64,000 nucleotides of DNA, taken from NCBI GenBank assembly GCA_045652705.1, contig JAZRUV010000039.1:2895-66894 (forward strand). The letters are read 5' to 3'. The number at the start of each line of letters is the position of its first letter. The first letter of the stretch is position 1. Made by a program: the position numbers and the translations under genes. The stretch is from Clostridia bacterium (GTDB lineage: Bacteria; Bacillota; Clostridia; TANB77; CAG-465). Below are positions 9,209 through 17,731 of this stretch, one piece after another. The notes under the pieces were generated by a model, which was given only the letters and a program-made list of their open reading frames with translations, did no database searches and was not told the origin of the DNA.

Positions 9209-9297
9209 CTATACAAAATTGTAGAGAGGGTATTATCAAAAATGACTATAGGTACTCTACAAAAATGTAGAGAAGGTATCTACAAAATTGTAGCATA
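9209..9297. repeat. Three iteron-like 25-bp repeats (CTAYACAAAAWTGTAGAGARGGTAT)
   Basis: The copies lie at 9209-9233, 9255-9279 (22/25 identical) and 9278-9297 (partial). Each contains the inverted repeat CTACA-N4-TGTAG. Confidence 0.7.
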
Positions 9298-9468
9298 TAA
9301 TAATATAAATTAAATATTATAAATTATTATTACAAGTTATTATATTAACAAAAATGTATTTTGAGAAAAATGTAGAATTTAGATAAATTTGGACTACAAC
9401 TCCAGATTTCTCTAAAAAGTACTAGACAGAATATTATTTTTGTGTTACACTTGTTTTGAGGTGTTAAG

Positions 9469-10740
9469 ATGGAAAAATATAGAGCAAGAACAATAGAAAA
9501 GAGTTTACAGTCTTTAATAACAAAATTCCCTGTTATAATGGTAACAGGACCAAGACAAGTTGGAAAAACAACATTGCTTAATTATATTGCTGTTAACTCT
9601 AATAAAAAAATAAATTATGTGTCTTTAGATAATTTATTGGTAAGACAACAAGCAATAGAAGACCCAGAACTATTTTTAAGAACATATGAAGCTCCAGTAA
9701 TAATAGATGAGTTTCAATATGCTCCTGAACTATTGTCATATATAAAAATAAAGGTAGATGAAGCAAGAAAAAATGCAATGTTTGGTGATGGTAAAGAAGT
9801 AGAGACTATGTATTTCTTAACTGGTTCTCAAGTATTCCAAACTATGGCTAATGTTAGTGAGTCTCTTGCAGGAAGAATGGGTATTTTGGACTTATATGGC
9901 TTTTCTACAAGGGAATTAGAAGGTGTAGAAGAAACAATATTTATTCCAGATGTTAATCTTTTAAAACAAAAAGAAAAAGTAAAAAAATTATCTACTAAAA
10001 AATTGTTTGAAAGAATATTAAACGGAAGTTATCCAGAAGTTGTAAATGGAAAAACAGATGCGGAAAAAACATCAGCATTTTATGAAACATATATTAGAAC
10101 GTATATTGAAAGGGATGTTAGACAATTAATAAATGTAAAAGACGAGACTAAATTTTTAAGATTTATATCGTCTGTTGCAGCGAGAACTGCTCAAGAATAT
10201 AACGTAAGTGATATAGCAACAGACGTAGGAGTAGATAGTAAAACAATTGATGAATGGGTGTCTATTCTTAAAAATACAAATCTTATATATATGTTACAAT
10301 CATACTCTAATAACAATGTTAAAAAAGCAATTAAAAGACCAAAGATATATTTTATGGATACAGGCCTTGCATGTTATTTAACTGGTTACCTAAATGCAGA
10401 GACTCTAGAGAAAAGTGCATACAATGGTGCTATATTTGAAACATATGTAGTTAGTGAAATTATAAAAACATTTACTAACAACGGTATGAGCCCTAGAATG
10501 AGACTATATTATTATCGAGACAGCAATGCTAAAGAAATAGATTTATTAATTATTTATGATAACAAAGTATATCCTGTAGAAATAAAGAAAAGTGCAAACC
10601 CTGGAAAAACTGCCTTCAAAAACTTTGATGTTGTGGATAAGTTTGGTCTAGAAGTAGGAGATGGAATCGTACTTTGTATGATAGATGAAATATTTGCAGT
10701 AGAAGAAAACAAATATTTTGTTCCTATAGAGTATATTTAA
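9469..10740 (+). CDS. AAA+ ATPase of the DUF4143-containing family
   Basis: Walker A is 'VTGPRQVGKTTLL' and Walker B is 'VIIDEFQ'. The C-terminal region 'YYRDSNAKEIDLLI...VYPVEIK' is typical of the AAA_14/DUF4143 architecture. Confidence 0.75.
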   Translation: MEKYRARTIEKSLQSLITKFPVIMVTGPRQVGKTTLLNYIAVNSNKKINYVSLDNLLVRQQAIEDPELFLRTYEAPVIIDEFQYAPELLSYIKIKVDEARKNAMFGDGKEVETMYFLTGSQVFQTMANVSESLAGRMGILDLYGFSTRELEGVEETIFIPDVNLLKQKEKVKKLSTKKLFERILNGSYPEVVNGKTDAEKTSAFYETYIRTYIERDVRQLINVKDETKFLRFISSVAARTAQEYNVSDIATDVGVDSKTIDEWVSILKNTNLIYMLQSYSNNNVKKAIKRPKIYFMDTGLACYLTGYLNAETLEKSAYNGAIFETYVVSEIIKTFTNNGMSPRMRLYYYRDSNAKEIDLLIIYDNKVYPVEIKKSANPGKTAFKNFDVVDKFGLEVGDGIVLCMIDEIFAVEENKYFVPIEYI

Positions 10741-10764
10741 AAAAATTAATTGTGAGGTAAAACT

Positions 10765-11256
10765 ATGTCAAAAGGTGATTCGAATTCTAAATTAAGATAC
10801 AATATACATGAACGAATGCAAGAATTTTTTGATGATGTAATTTTAAAAAGAGGATTGAACTATTTCTATGAAGAAAGAGTTCAAGATGTTTGTAGAGTAA
10901 AAGGAGATTTTTATTCTACAGTAGAAGGTACATACCCATATACTATAAAAATACAAATTAAAAATAACGACATTGAAGAAATGTATTGTGATTGTCCTTA
11001 TGCAGAAGAAGGTTGCTATTGTAAACATATGGCGGCGACTTTAATATATATCGAACAAAATTTAGAAAATATACTTACAGATAAAGACATAGAAAAACAA
11101 ATTGCAAAAAGAACAAAAGAAATTGAGAAGCATTTAAGTAATATTTCCGAGCAACAATTAAGACAATACATAGCAGATATTGCTTTAGACAATGAAAATA
11201 TATATAGCGATTTAAGAACAATGAGCACAATGAATAATTTTCACATAGTAAAATAG
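10765..11256 (+). CDS. SWIM zinc-finger protein
   Basis: 'CDCPYAEEGCYCKHMAA' fits the CxCx(n)CxH SWIM signature. It lies 24 nt downstream of the ATPase gene. Confidence 0.65.
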   Translation: MSKGDSNSKLRYNIHERMQEFFDDVILKRGLNYFYEERVQDVCRVKGDFYSTVEGTYPYTIKIQIKNNDIEEMYCDCPYAEEGCYCKHMAATLIYIEQNLENILTDKDIEKQIAKRTKEIEKHLSNISEQQLRQYIADIALDNENIYSDLRTMSTMNNFHIVK

Positions 11257-11353
11257 AAAAAATAACAAACAACAGTAACTCTAATTTTAAACAAGAGATA
11301 CTGTTGTTTGGCTTATATGTAGTATTTGACTTAAAATAACCAACTTGGTCATC

Positions 11354-11393
11354 GTATTACAAATGTAATACAAAATTGAAATTGTAATACAAG
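11354..11393. promoter_or_regulatory. Candidate operator: palindrome GTATTACA-AA-TGTAATAC plus a third TGTAATACAA half-site
   Basis: The palindrome is seen directly at 11354-11371 and the half-site at 11384-11393. Confidence 0.35.
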
Positions 11394-11589
11394 TTTAGTG
11401 GCTGTGCCTCTAAGATGCGCGTCAATGTGTCTTACATCTATTCCTGCATTAAGTGAGAAATAAGCCTAATAATACAGATAAATATATGTTTTTGCGTAAA
11501 CAGAGTGAACATTAATAAAACATATAAATAAGATGAAAAGGTATATGTAATGAAATAAAAATCAATGGTGAAAAACACACTATCTATAG

Positions 11590-11618
11590 TTGCAAAAAAA
11601 TGTTGTTTATGATATATA
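11590..11618 (+). promoter_or_regulatory. Sigma-A type promoter of the cargo operon (TTGCAA - 17 nt - TATATA)
   Basis: The -35 is at 11590-11595 and the -10 at 11613-11618, about 45 nt upstream of the ATG at 11663. Confidence 0.45.
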
Positions 11619-11662
11619 TCATATGAGTAAGTGTATCTAGAAACATGAACAAAGGAGTATTT

Positions 11663-12346
11663 ATGAATTTAATACAAAAGATTAAGCAAATATTTAGTTT
11701 TAATAAGACAAAACAACTTGAAGCACCTAAAGAAATACCGATAAAAGTAGATAAGCCTAAAATAAACCTTTTCGAAGACTTAAGCAAACAAACAATAGAC
11801 TTAACAAAGGAAGAAAAATTAAAACAAATATTAAAAACGGCGGGATGCAAAAAAGAAATTTTTTGGCGTGTAGATGATTTAGAAAATATAGATGCAGATA
11901 ATTTAAGAGAAGTATTGAAACTATTAAGTAGTATAAAATTAACAAAATATGAACTAAATGTTGTTTTAGGACAAAATATAGAATTATTAAATACAAATTA
12001 TATATTTATAGATGCTAACATACAAATATTAAAAGAATATCTAAAAGATGAAATCGTATTAAAGAACATTATATATACAAATCCTTTTGTTTTAACTAAC
12101 AGAATAGAAACGGTAATATTAAATGTAAAAGATAGATTTGATAATATAGGTTTATCGCAAAAAGAACAAATAAATATACTAGATGAAAACTCAAACATAC
12201 TTTCATTAGATATAGAAGTGTTAAATCAAAGTATAAATATAATAAAACAATATTATTTAGCAGATGCTAAAAAAATTATATTAGAAGATCCTAATATAAT
12301 AGGAATAACAGATATAAATGTATTAAGAGGTTATATCGAAAATTAA
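11663..12346 (+). CDS. Hypothetical helical-repeat protein (mTERF-like impression), cargo gene 1
   Basis: SD AAGGAG lies 5 nt upstream of the ATG at 11663; the ORF track start at 11645 lacks an SD. It shows repeated roughly 30-aa units such as 'TNPFVLTNRIETVILNV', 'ENSNILSLDIEVLNQSI' and 'EDPNIIGITDINVL'. Confidence 0.55.
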   Translation: MNLIQKIKQIFSFNKTKQLEAPKEIPIKVDKPKINLFEDLSKQTIDLTKEEKLKQILKTAGCKKEIFWRVDDLENIDADNLREVLKLLSSIKLTKYELNVVLGQNIELLNTNYIFIDANIQILKEYLKDEIVLKNIIYTNPFVLTNRIETVILNVKDRFDNIGLSQKEQINILDENSNILSLDIEVLNQSINIIKQYYLADAKKIILEDPNIIGITDINVLRGYIEN

Positions 12347-12356
12347 GAGGTATTAT

Positions 12357-13145
12357 ATGGATGAACAAGCAAAGTTAATGCTTTATAGACAACTACAAGA
12401 AATGAGTGAATTAAATCAAAAAGAAAACGCAGCATCACTTATTTCTGAACAAGAGTTTTTAGCATTATCAGCTAAAGAAGCATTAAAATACACATTTGAA
12501 TATAGAGATAGAGAAACAGATTTTGGCGAAAATATTTACTATTTAGAAATGCCAGATATGGATTTTTCAGGTCAAGATTTAAGTGATGTTCGTATTAGTA
12601 AGTTTATGCTTTCTCGTATGGAAGATGGTAAAAGAGTACCAAGTAAAATAAATGTAAATGGTACAAGAATAGCAATAAACCTAAATGGAATAGGAATAAG
12701 TGAGCAGTCACAAGATGAGTTGGGGATTTCAGACCAAGTTATAGATTTTAGCAATGTGGATTTTAGAGGCTGTGAAATAAGAGGTATATTACCTGACGAA
12801 TATGCAGAAGAAACAAAAGCAAAAACAAGAGGACAAATAACTGTAACAGGAAGAGAAAATCTAGATGAAAGATATTTACAAAGAAGGAAAGAACATCACC
12901 TTATGCCGGGCGAAAGAAAAGTTACAGAAAGAGCATATGCAAGACTACTTTCAGGTGAAACATTAAAAGGAACTAGAGACCAAGATAGAATAGACTTTAC
13001 AGATTATGACTTGGAAGGTTTATCTGAAGAACAAATAAGATATCTAATGGATAAGAAAGAAATAACATTAGACACATATCAAATAGAGTCAAATAGTGAT
13101 TATGTATCACAGTATAGAAAGCGGACAATTAAGAGAAGAAAGTAG
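12357..13145 (+). CDS. Hypothetical protein with pentapeptide-repeat-like stretches, cargo gene 2
   Basis: SD GAGGT is present. The stretches are 'MDFSGQDLSDVRIS' and 'IDFSNVDFRGCEIRG'. It lies 10 nt after gene 1. Confidence 0.55.
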   Translation: MDEQAKLMLYRQLQEMSELNQKENAASLISEQEFLALSAKEALKYTFEYRDRETDFGENIYYLEMPDMDFSGQDLSDVRISKFMLSRMEDGKRVPSKINVNGTRIAINLNGIGISEQSQDELGISDQVIDFSNVDFRGCEIRGILPDEYAEETKAKTRGQITVTGRENLDERYLQRRKEHHLMPGERKVTERAYARLLSGETLKGTRDQDRIDFTDYDLEGLSEEQIRYLMDKKEITLDTYQIESNSDYVSQYRKRTIKRRK

Positions 13146-14592
13146 AAGAAGGATAATATATGAATATGAGAAAGGAAATGCTACATATTTTAGTCAACAT
13201 ATCGATGAATTAGATGCTTGGACACGAGGAGAGGTATTTGAAGAAGTATTACTAATGGCATCCGAAAGAGAGGATATAGAGTTTTTAAAACAATACTTTT
13301 GTGAAGCTGGTTACATACATGGTTTACAAGATCAAATAATAATAAAAGCATATAAATCAGGAGATATAGAATTCGCACAGCAACATTTTGATGAAATTGG
13401 TCTTGCGGGAGGTTGGCCGTTGCAAAGGCAAATAATGATGACTTCCTATGAAAGAGGAGATATAGAATTTGTAGAAGAATACATTAATCGAGTTCATTTT
13501 GAGATCCGAGGGGAAATACTAAAAACAGCCTATGAGAAAGAAGATATGACATTTGTAGAACGACATCTCTCACATACTGACAGTCATACAAGGCTTGAGT
13601 TAGCAATAGCCGAAAGAAAAAAGGGAAAAAATGAACTAGTAAGAAAACTATTAATGGTAGAAAATAGTAAAAAGGAGCAACAAGGGAAAAAGACAGTATC
13701 TTGTTCAGGAAAAATGTTGAATGAAGCATTGTCTCAAGGAAAAATAGATAAAGATTTTATTATAGTATTAATAAGGTTAGGTTCTGGTTTAGACTACGTT
13801 GCTTATAATAATGTTGATGGTTCAACACCCGAATACATACCAACACTATATAAAGCCTTAAAATTAGAAGATGCTACTGTTAGAAAAGAAATTATAACAG
13901 AAATGTTAAAATCAGGAGTAAGTATTGATTCTAAATATGTAGCAAGAACGTATCATTGGGACAAAAGTGTTGAAAAAACAGAGATTCACTGCTTAGATGC
14001 AAATAATGGTGAATTAGTTCAAATAATGAGTGAGTTAGGTATGGAAGTGCCACAGGAAAAGCAAAATATAACCGCACCTAAAAGAGGGGAAAAGCAACCT
14101 AAAGAGCAAAAGCAAGATAATAGAGTTTTAGTTTGTGACTTCTTAACTCACGAGGTAGGATTAAATGAAGAAGAAATTAAAAAACTAGAAACTACATATA
14201 GGGGTTGGGGAAGAGATTTATATAGTCTATCAACAGAAAGACTTGGTATGCAAAAAGCAATTTTGGATTCAGTTGGTGGTACAAAAAGAGCATTTACAAC
14301 AGATGCTAAAGTATTAAATAATGACCCACAAGTTTTATATTCAAGACTAATGTTTTATAGAGAAAGTGGTATAACTGTGATGCCAGACAGATTATATACA
14401 ACATTAGGAATATCTAAAAAAGGATTTGCTAAAAATTTCGGAAGTAGAGTTTTAGAAAAAGGAAATATGGAAGATTCGGATTATGAATATAAACTAAAAC
14501 AAGAACTACTAAAAAGATACCCAATGCCAGAAACTAGAGATGAACTAAAGAGAACATTGGAAGAATTGAATAAAGAAGAAATTGGAGGATAG
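13102..14592 (+). CDS. Hypothetical multi-repeat protein, cargo gene 3
   Basis: It has four to five tandem roughly 32-aa repeats 'Y(E/K)xGDIEFxxx(H/Y)(F/I)': 'KSGDIEFAQQHF', 'ERGDIEFVEEYI', 'EKEDMTFVERHL' and 'EREDIEFLKQYF'. The C-terminus has mTERF-like 'LGLNEEEIKKL', 'DPQVLYSRL' and 'LGISKKGF'. The start is uncertain (GTG 13096 or ATG 13102). Confidence 0.55.
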   Translation: MYHSIESGQLREESRRRIIYEYEKGNATYFSQHIDELDAWTRGEVFEEVLLMASEREDIEFLKQYFCEAGYIHGLQDQIIIKAYKSGDIEFAQQHFDEIGLAGGWPLQRQIMMTSYERGDIEFVEEYINRVHFEIRGEILKTAYEKEDMTFVERHLSHTDSHTRLELAIAERKKGKNELVRKLLMVENSKKEQQGKKTVSCSGKMLNEALSQGKIDKDFIIVLIRLGSGLDYVAYNNVDGSTPEYIPTLYKALKLEDATVRKEIITEMLKSGVSIDSKYVARTYHWDKSVEKTEIHCLDANNGELVQIMSELGMEVPQEKQNITAPKRGEKQPKEQKQDNRVLVCDFLTHEVGLNEEEIKKLETTYRGWGRDLYSLSTERLGMQKAILDSVGGTKRAFTTDAKVLNNDPQVLYSRLMFYRESGITVMPDRLYTTLGISKKGFAKNFGSRVLEKGNMEDSDYEYKLKQELLKRYPMPETRDELKRTLEELNKEEIGG

Positions 14593-14596
14593 ATTT

Positions 14597-15400
14597 ATGC
14601 CATTATATAGTAAAAAAGAGCCATATCGTTCTATGTTAGAAGAATTAGAAGAAGAAAGAGCGTTTACTTTCAAAGGCTCATATATATTAGATGCAGATGA
14701 AAAAATGGGACAAGCAAGTAAAGAACTAGAAAGAATAATAAATAAAAATACTAAAGGTAAATTGCCACCAGGTTTATCTAAAGAAGAAACACAACGAGAA
14801 ATGGAAAGATTATCTACAGGTATAATAGATAGATTAAGAAGTGCAAACGGAAAGTTCAAAGCGTTTGTTTATTCTAAAGGTGGCTCTAGAACTTCTGCAA
14901 ACGAAGCACAACAAACAGAATTATCACAAAAAGGTGCAAACGTGGAATATACAGTTATGGTGGTAAATGGTGTAGCAATATTAGAGCCGTTAGGACAAGA
15001 GGATAATGCTACATATATAGCAGAAGAAAGGGAAGGTCTAGAAGAAGCAATAACTCAATTTGGCAGAGGTGAGGCTATAGATAGCGGAATAATCCAAAAA
15101 GTAATTCACGATAGAAAAGAAAGAGAAGGATACAACTATGGTTCTAACCATATATTACAATTATTAGATTATGCTATTGACGATCCACAGAGACTATTAC
15201 AAGTTGTTAGAGAGCATAATGGTTGTGGGCTAAAGAGAATATCTCAAAATATGCCTACTACAGTTGATGCTATTCATTCGCAAACAGATTCAAGAGTTGA
15301 TGAAATGGGAATTAGTGCTGAAGAAACAATAAAAGCAGGAACAGAATTGGAAAGAACACAAGAAATAAAAGGAAAGGAGACTCCTTATGAAAGTGTATAA
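14597..15400 (+). CDS. Hypothetical acidic protein, cargo gene 4
   Basis: SD GGAGGA lies 8 nt upstream of the ATG at 14597. It starts 4 nt after the gene 3 stop. No motif was recognised. Confidence 0.55.
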   Translation: MPLYSKKEPYRSMLEELEEERAFTFKGSYILDADEKMGQASKELERIINKNTKGKLPPGLSKEETQREMERLSTGIIDRLRSANGKFKAFVYSKGGSRTSANEAQQTELSQKGANVEYTVMVVNGVAILEPLGQEDNATYIAEEREGLEEAITQFGRGEAIDSGIIQKVIHDRKEREGYNYGSNHILQLLDYAIDDPQRLLQVVREHNGCGLKRISQNMPTTVDAIHSQTDSRVDEMGISAEETIKAGTELERTQEIKGKETPYESV

Positions 15401-15620
15401 TGATGAAGAGATAATAGGACTATGTGAGGCTTATCAAGTATATCAAATACTTCCAGAAGATTCACAAAGAAAAATTCCTAAAGAGTTTGTTGAAGAAATG
15501 GAAAAGTATGCTAAATACGATGTAGGCGTAACAATAAATTGCCCTTTGGATATAGGAACTGAAAAACTATCAAGAGAAGGTGTTAAAAGAATAGCATATA
15601 TGTGCTTATTCTTGAAATAG
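15387..15620 (+). CDS. Small hypothetical protein, cargo gene 5
   Basis: SD AGGAGA is present, and the gene overlaps gene 4 by 14 nt. Confidence 0.5.
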   Translation: MKVYNDEEIIGLCEAYQVYQILPEDSQRKIPKEFVEEMEKYAKYDVGVTINCPLDIGTEKLSREGVKRIAYMCLFLK

Positions 15621-15692
15621 GGGCTGACACATAGTAGAAAAAGATATAAGGTATAAATAAAAAATAATTTATAAATTTAAGGAGGTTATATT

Positions 15693-16301
15693 ATGGGATT
15701 TATAGATGATTTACAAAAAAATGTTAAGAGTGAAGAGGATATTGTAGGACATGTAGATAAAGACTTAGAAGACTTAAAAGGATTAGAAGTGGGTTCTTGC
15801 TTACACGAAGATTGGAGACAAACAAGAAGAAATGAAGACGGTACATATGAACCAAGATGGAAAAAGGTTAAAGACCCTAATTTCAAATTTGTTGAATCTG
15901 ATACTTGCAGAAAAACAGAGGAAGGTGTAGTCGAAATAGACATTGCTAACAGAAGTTTTGGTGAGTTATCTGCAGATTGGCAATTTGAAAATTTAGAAGC
16001 GGGAAAAGTTGTTGCTAGATTAGTTGGTGACAAAACTGAATTGACGCCAGAAGAAGTAGAACAAATGGCAAGTGAAATACACGATGAATGGTTAAAAAGA
16101 AATGATTGGGTATTTGATCCAAACTACGGAAACCCAGCTCAAGCAGTTCCTTATGCAGAACTTAGCGAAGAAGAAAAGGAAAAGGACAGAGCTCAATTAA
16201 AATTCGGCTTATCTCTAAATCAAAGATTGCTTTCAGGAGAAGTAAAAAAACAAGATCTAAAAGAGAAATTTAAATCTAACGAAGAACAAGTGGTAGAATA
16301 A
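15693..16301 (+). CDS. Hypothetical protein with RyR-domain-like modules, cargo gene 6
   Basis: A strong SD AAGGAGG is present. 'LHEDWRQTRR' and 'IHDEWLKRNDWVFDPNYGNPAQAVPYAELSEEEKEKDR' resemble the bacterial RyR-domain consensus (HxxW...YG...PY.eLseeeKe.DR). Confidence 0.5.
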   Translation: MGFIDDLQKNVKSEEDIVGHVDKDLEDLKGLEVGSCLHEDWRQTRRNEDGTYEPRWKKVKDPNFKFVESDTCRKTEEGVVEIDIANRSFGELSADWQFENLEAGKVVARLVGDKTELTPEEVEQMASEIHDEWLKRNDWVFDPNYGNPAQAVPYAELSEEEKEKDRAQLKFGLSLNQRLLSGEVKKQDLKEKFKSNEEQVVE

Positions 16302-16308
16302 ATTATAT

Positions 16309-16345
16309 TAGCGAGTTAAGTAAAAATTAACTCGCTATTTACTTT
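16309..16345 (+). terminator. Rho-independent terminator of the cargo operon
   Basis: TAGCGAGTTAA / TTAACTCGCTA stem followed by a T-rich tail. Confidence 0.65.
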
Positions 16346-16392
16346 CTGCAATTAAATATTATATAATTTAATCATTAAACGAAGGAGGAATT

Positions 16393-17673
16393 ATGAGAAA
16401 GAATAAATATAACGAATTGTCTTCTACAATAATGTTAATAATAGGATTAATATGTATTGTATTTGGAACTGTAGTTCAATTTTTATTAAAAGATACAAGA
16501 GATGTTTTAAGCTATACTATTACCTATGTGGGTAAATATATGATTTTTGCAGGTATCGTTTCCTCATTATTAAGCATTATTACAAAAATTGCTCGTATAT
16601 CTAGGGATAATACAATAATGAACTTAAAATCATCAGGCAAACTTGTTTATGCCACTAATTTAAAAGTATGGAAAAATTACTATTGGGGCGTAGATAGAAA
16701 ACATTGGTGTCATCTTTTGGTAGAATGGGAAGATCCTATTACTCATCAAAAGTATGAATTTAGAAGTGACAAATTATGGGTTGATATTGAGCCTATAATT
16801 GCAGATAAAAAAATCGAAAAGATACCTGTTTATATTGATAATAAGAATCCAAAAGTTTATTTTGTTGATGTAGATGAGCTAACTCCATCAAACACTTCTG
16901 AGAAAAAGAATAAAAAAAGTATTGTTGGTAACATTATTCTTATCATAGTTACAATAATTGTATTATCTACATTAGGAATTTTTGCTATTTTGAAATTCGC
17001 TCCAAACAATTCAACACTTGACGCTCAATTGCCAAATAGTAACGAACAGAGAATTCCTAACGAACTAGAAGAAAATGAGTGTGCTCCATTTATTTGTTAT
17101 GATGGTATTAGTGATATACAGAGTAAAGATTTAATACCTAAAGCCAATCAAATAAATAAAAATTTGCGTAGATTGTTAGTTCTTATAAGTTTAGGCGATT
17201 GGGAAAGTGGCGAATATACATTACAAGATATCGACAAGTTTGCATTACACTCTTTAATAGCAAACAGACTTTTTGATGAAGAAGATTATTTAATACTAGA
17301 AAACGGTATAGATAATGCAGCTCTTTCATCTCAAGATTACGAAAATATATTTGAACAAATAACAGGGATTACAGATGTTAAAGCTTATTTTGAAAACTAT
17401 TCATTAGAAAAAACTAAAGATGCTAACAAATCTGTATATATGGAAGATGATGATAAAACTTATTATATTGTTCCTTTTGGTGTAGGTATGGAACTCGGTG
17501 TTTATGGCGTTGCGGTAGTATCTGATGTAACTGTACAAAATGATAGAACTTTATTTTCTATTAAAACTTGTATCGTAGATTATGAAAACAATACATATAC
17601 ATATACTAAAACAACTACATTTGAAATTCAAACAAATGGTTTAAGAGTATATAGCTTCAAAGTAGAAAAATAA
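16393..17673 (+). CDS. Membrane protein with a DUF3592-like segment and a large C-terminal soluble domain
   Basis: SD GAAGGAGG is present. Two N-terminal TMs are followed by 'YWGVDRKHWCHLLVEWEDPITHQKYEFRSD...IPVYIDNKNPKVYFVD' (DUF3592-like) and a third TM 'IILIIVTIIVLSTLGIFAIL'. Confidence 0.5.
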   Translation: MRKNKYNELSSTIMLIIGLICIVFGTVVQFLLKDTRDVLSYTITYVGKYMIFAGIVSSLLSIITKIARISRDNTIMNLKSSGKLVYATNLKVWKNYYWGVDRKHWCHLLVEWEDPITHQKYEFRSDKLWVDIEPIIADKKIEKIPVYIDNKNPKVYFVDVDELTPSNTSEKKNKKSIVGNIILIIVTIIVLSTLGIFAILKFAPNNSTLDAQLPNSNEQRIPNELEENECAPFICYDGISDIQSKDLIPKANQINKNLRRLLVLISLGDWESGEYTLQDIDKFALHSLIANRLFDEEDYLILENGIDNAALSSQDYENIFEQITGITDVKAYFENYSLEKTKDANKSVYMEDDDKTYYIVPFGVGMELGVYGVAVVSDVTVQNDRTLFSIKTCIVDYENNTYTYTKTTTFEIQTNGLRVYSFKVEK

Positions 17674-17683
17674 ATATTATATA

Positions 17684-17712
17684 GGGGGATAGAGTTAAAT
17701 CTCTATTCCCCC
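17684..17712. terminator. Bidirectional hairpin between convergent genes
   Basis: GGGGGATAGAG-TTAAAT-CTCTATTCCCCC. Confidence 0.6.
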
Positions 17713-17731
17713 ATTTATTATCATATACAAT

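Noticed and set aside
11400-11470. A relatively GC-rich patch (GGCTGTGCCTCTAAGATGCGCGTCAATG...) as a possible small RNA or tRNA fragment
   Set aside because: I could not fold it into a tRNA-like or otherwise convincing structure, and it has no flanking promoter or terminator. It is left unannotated.
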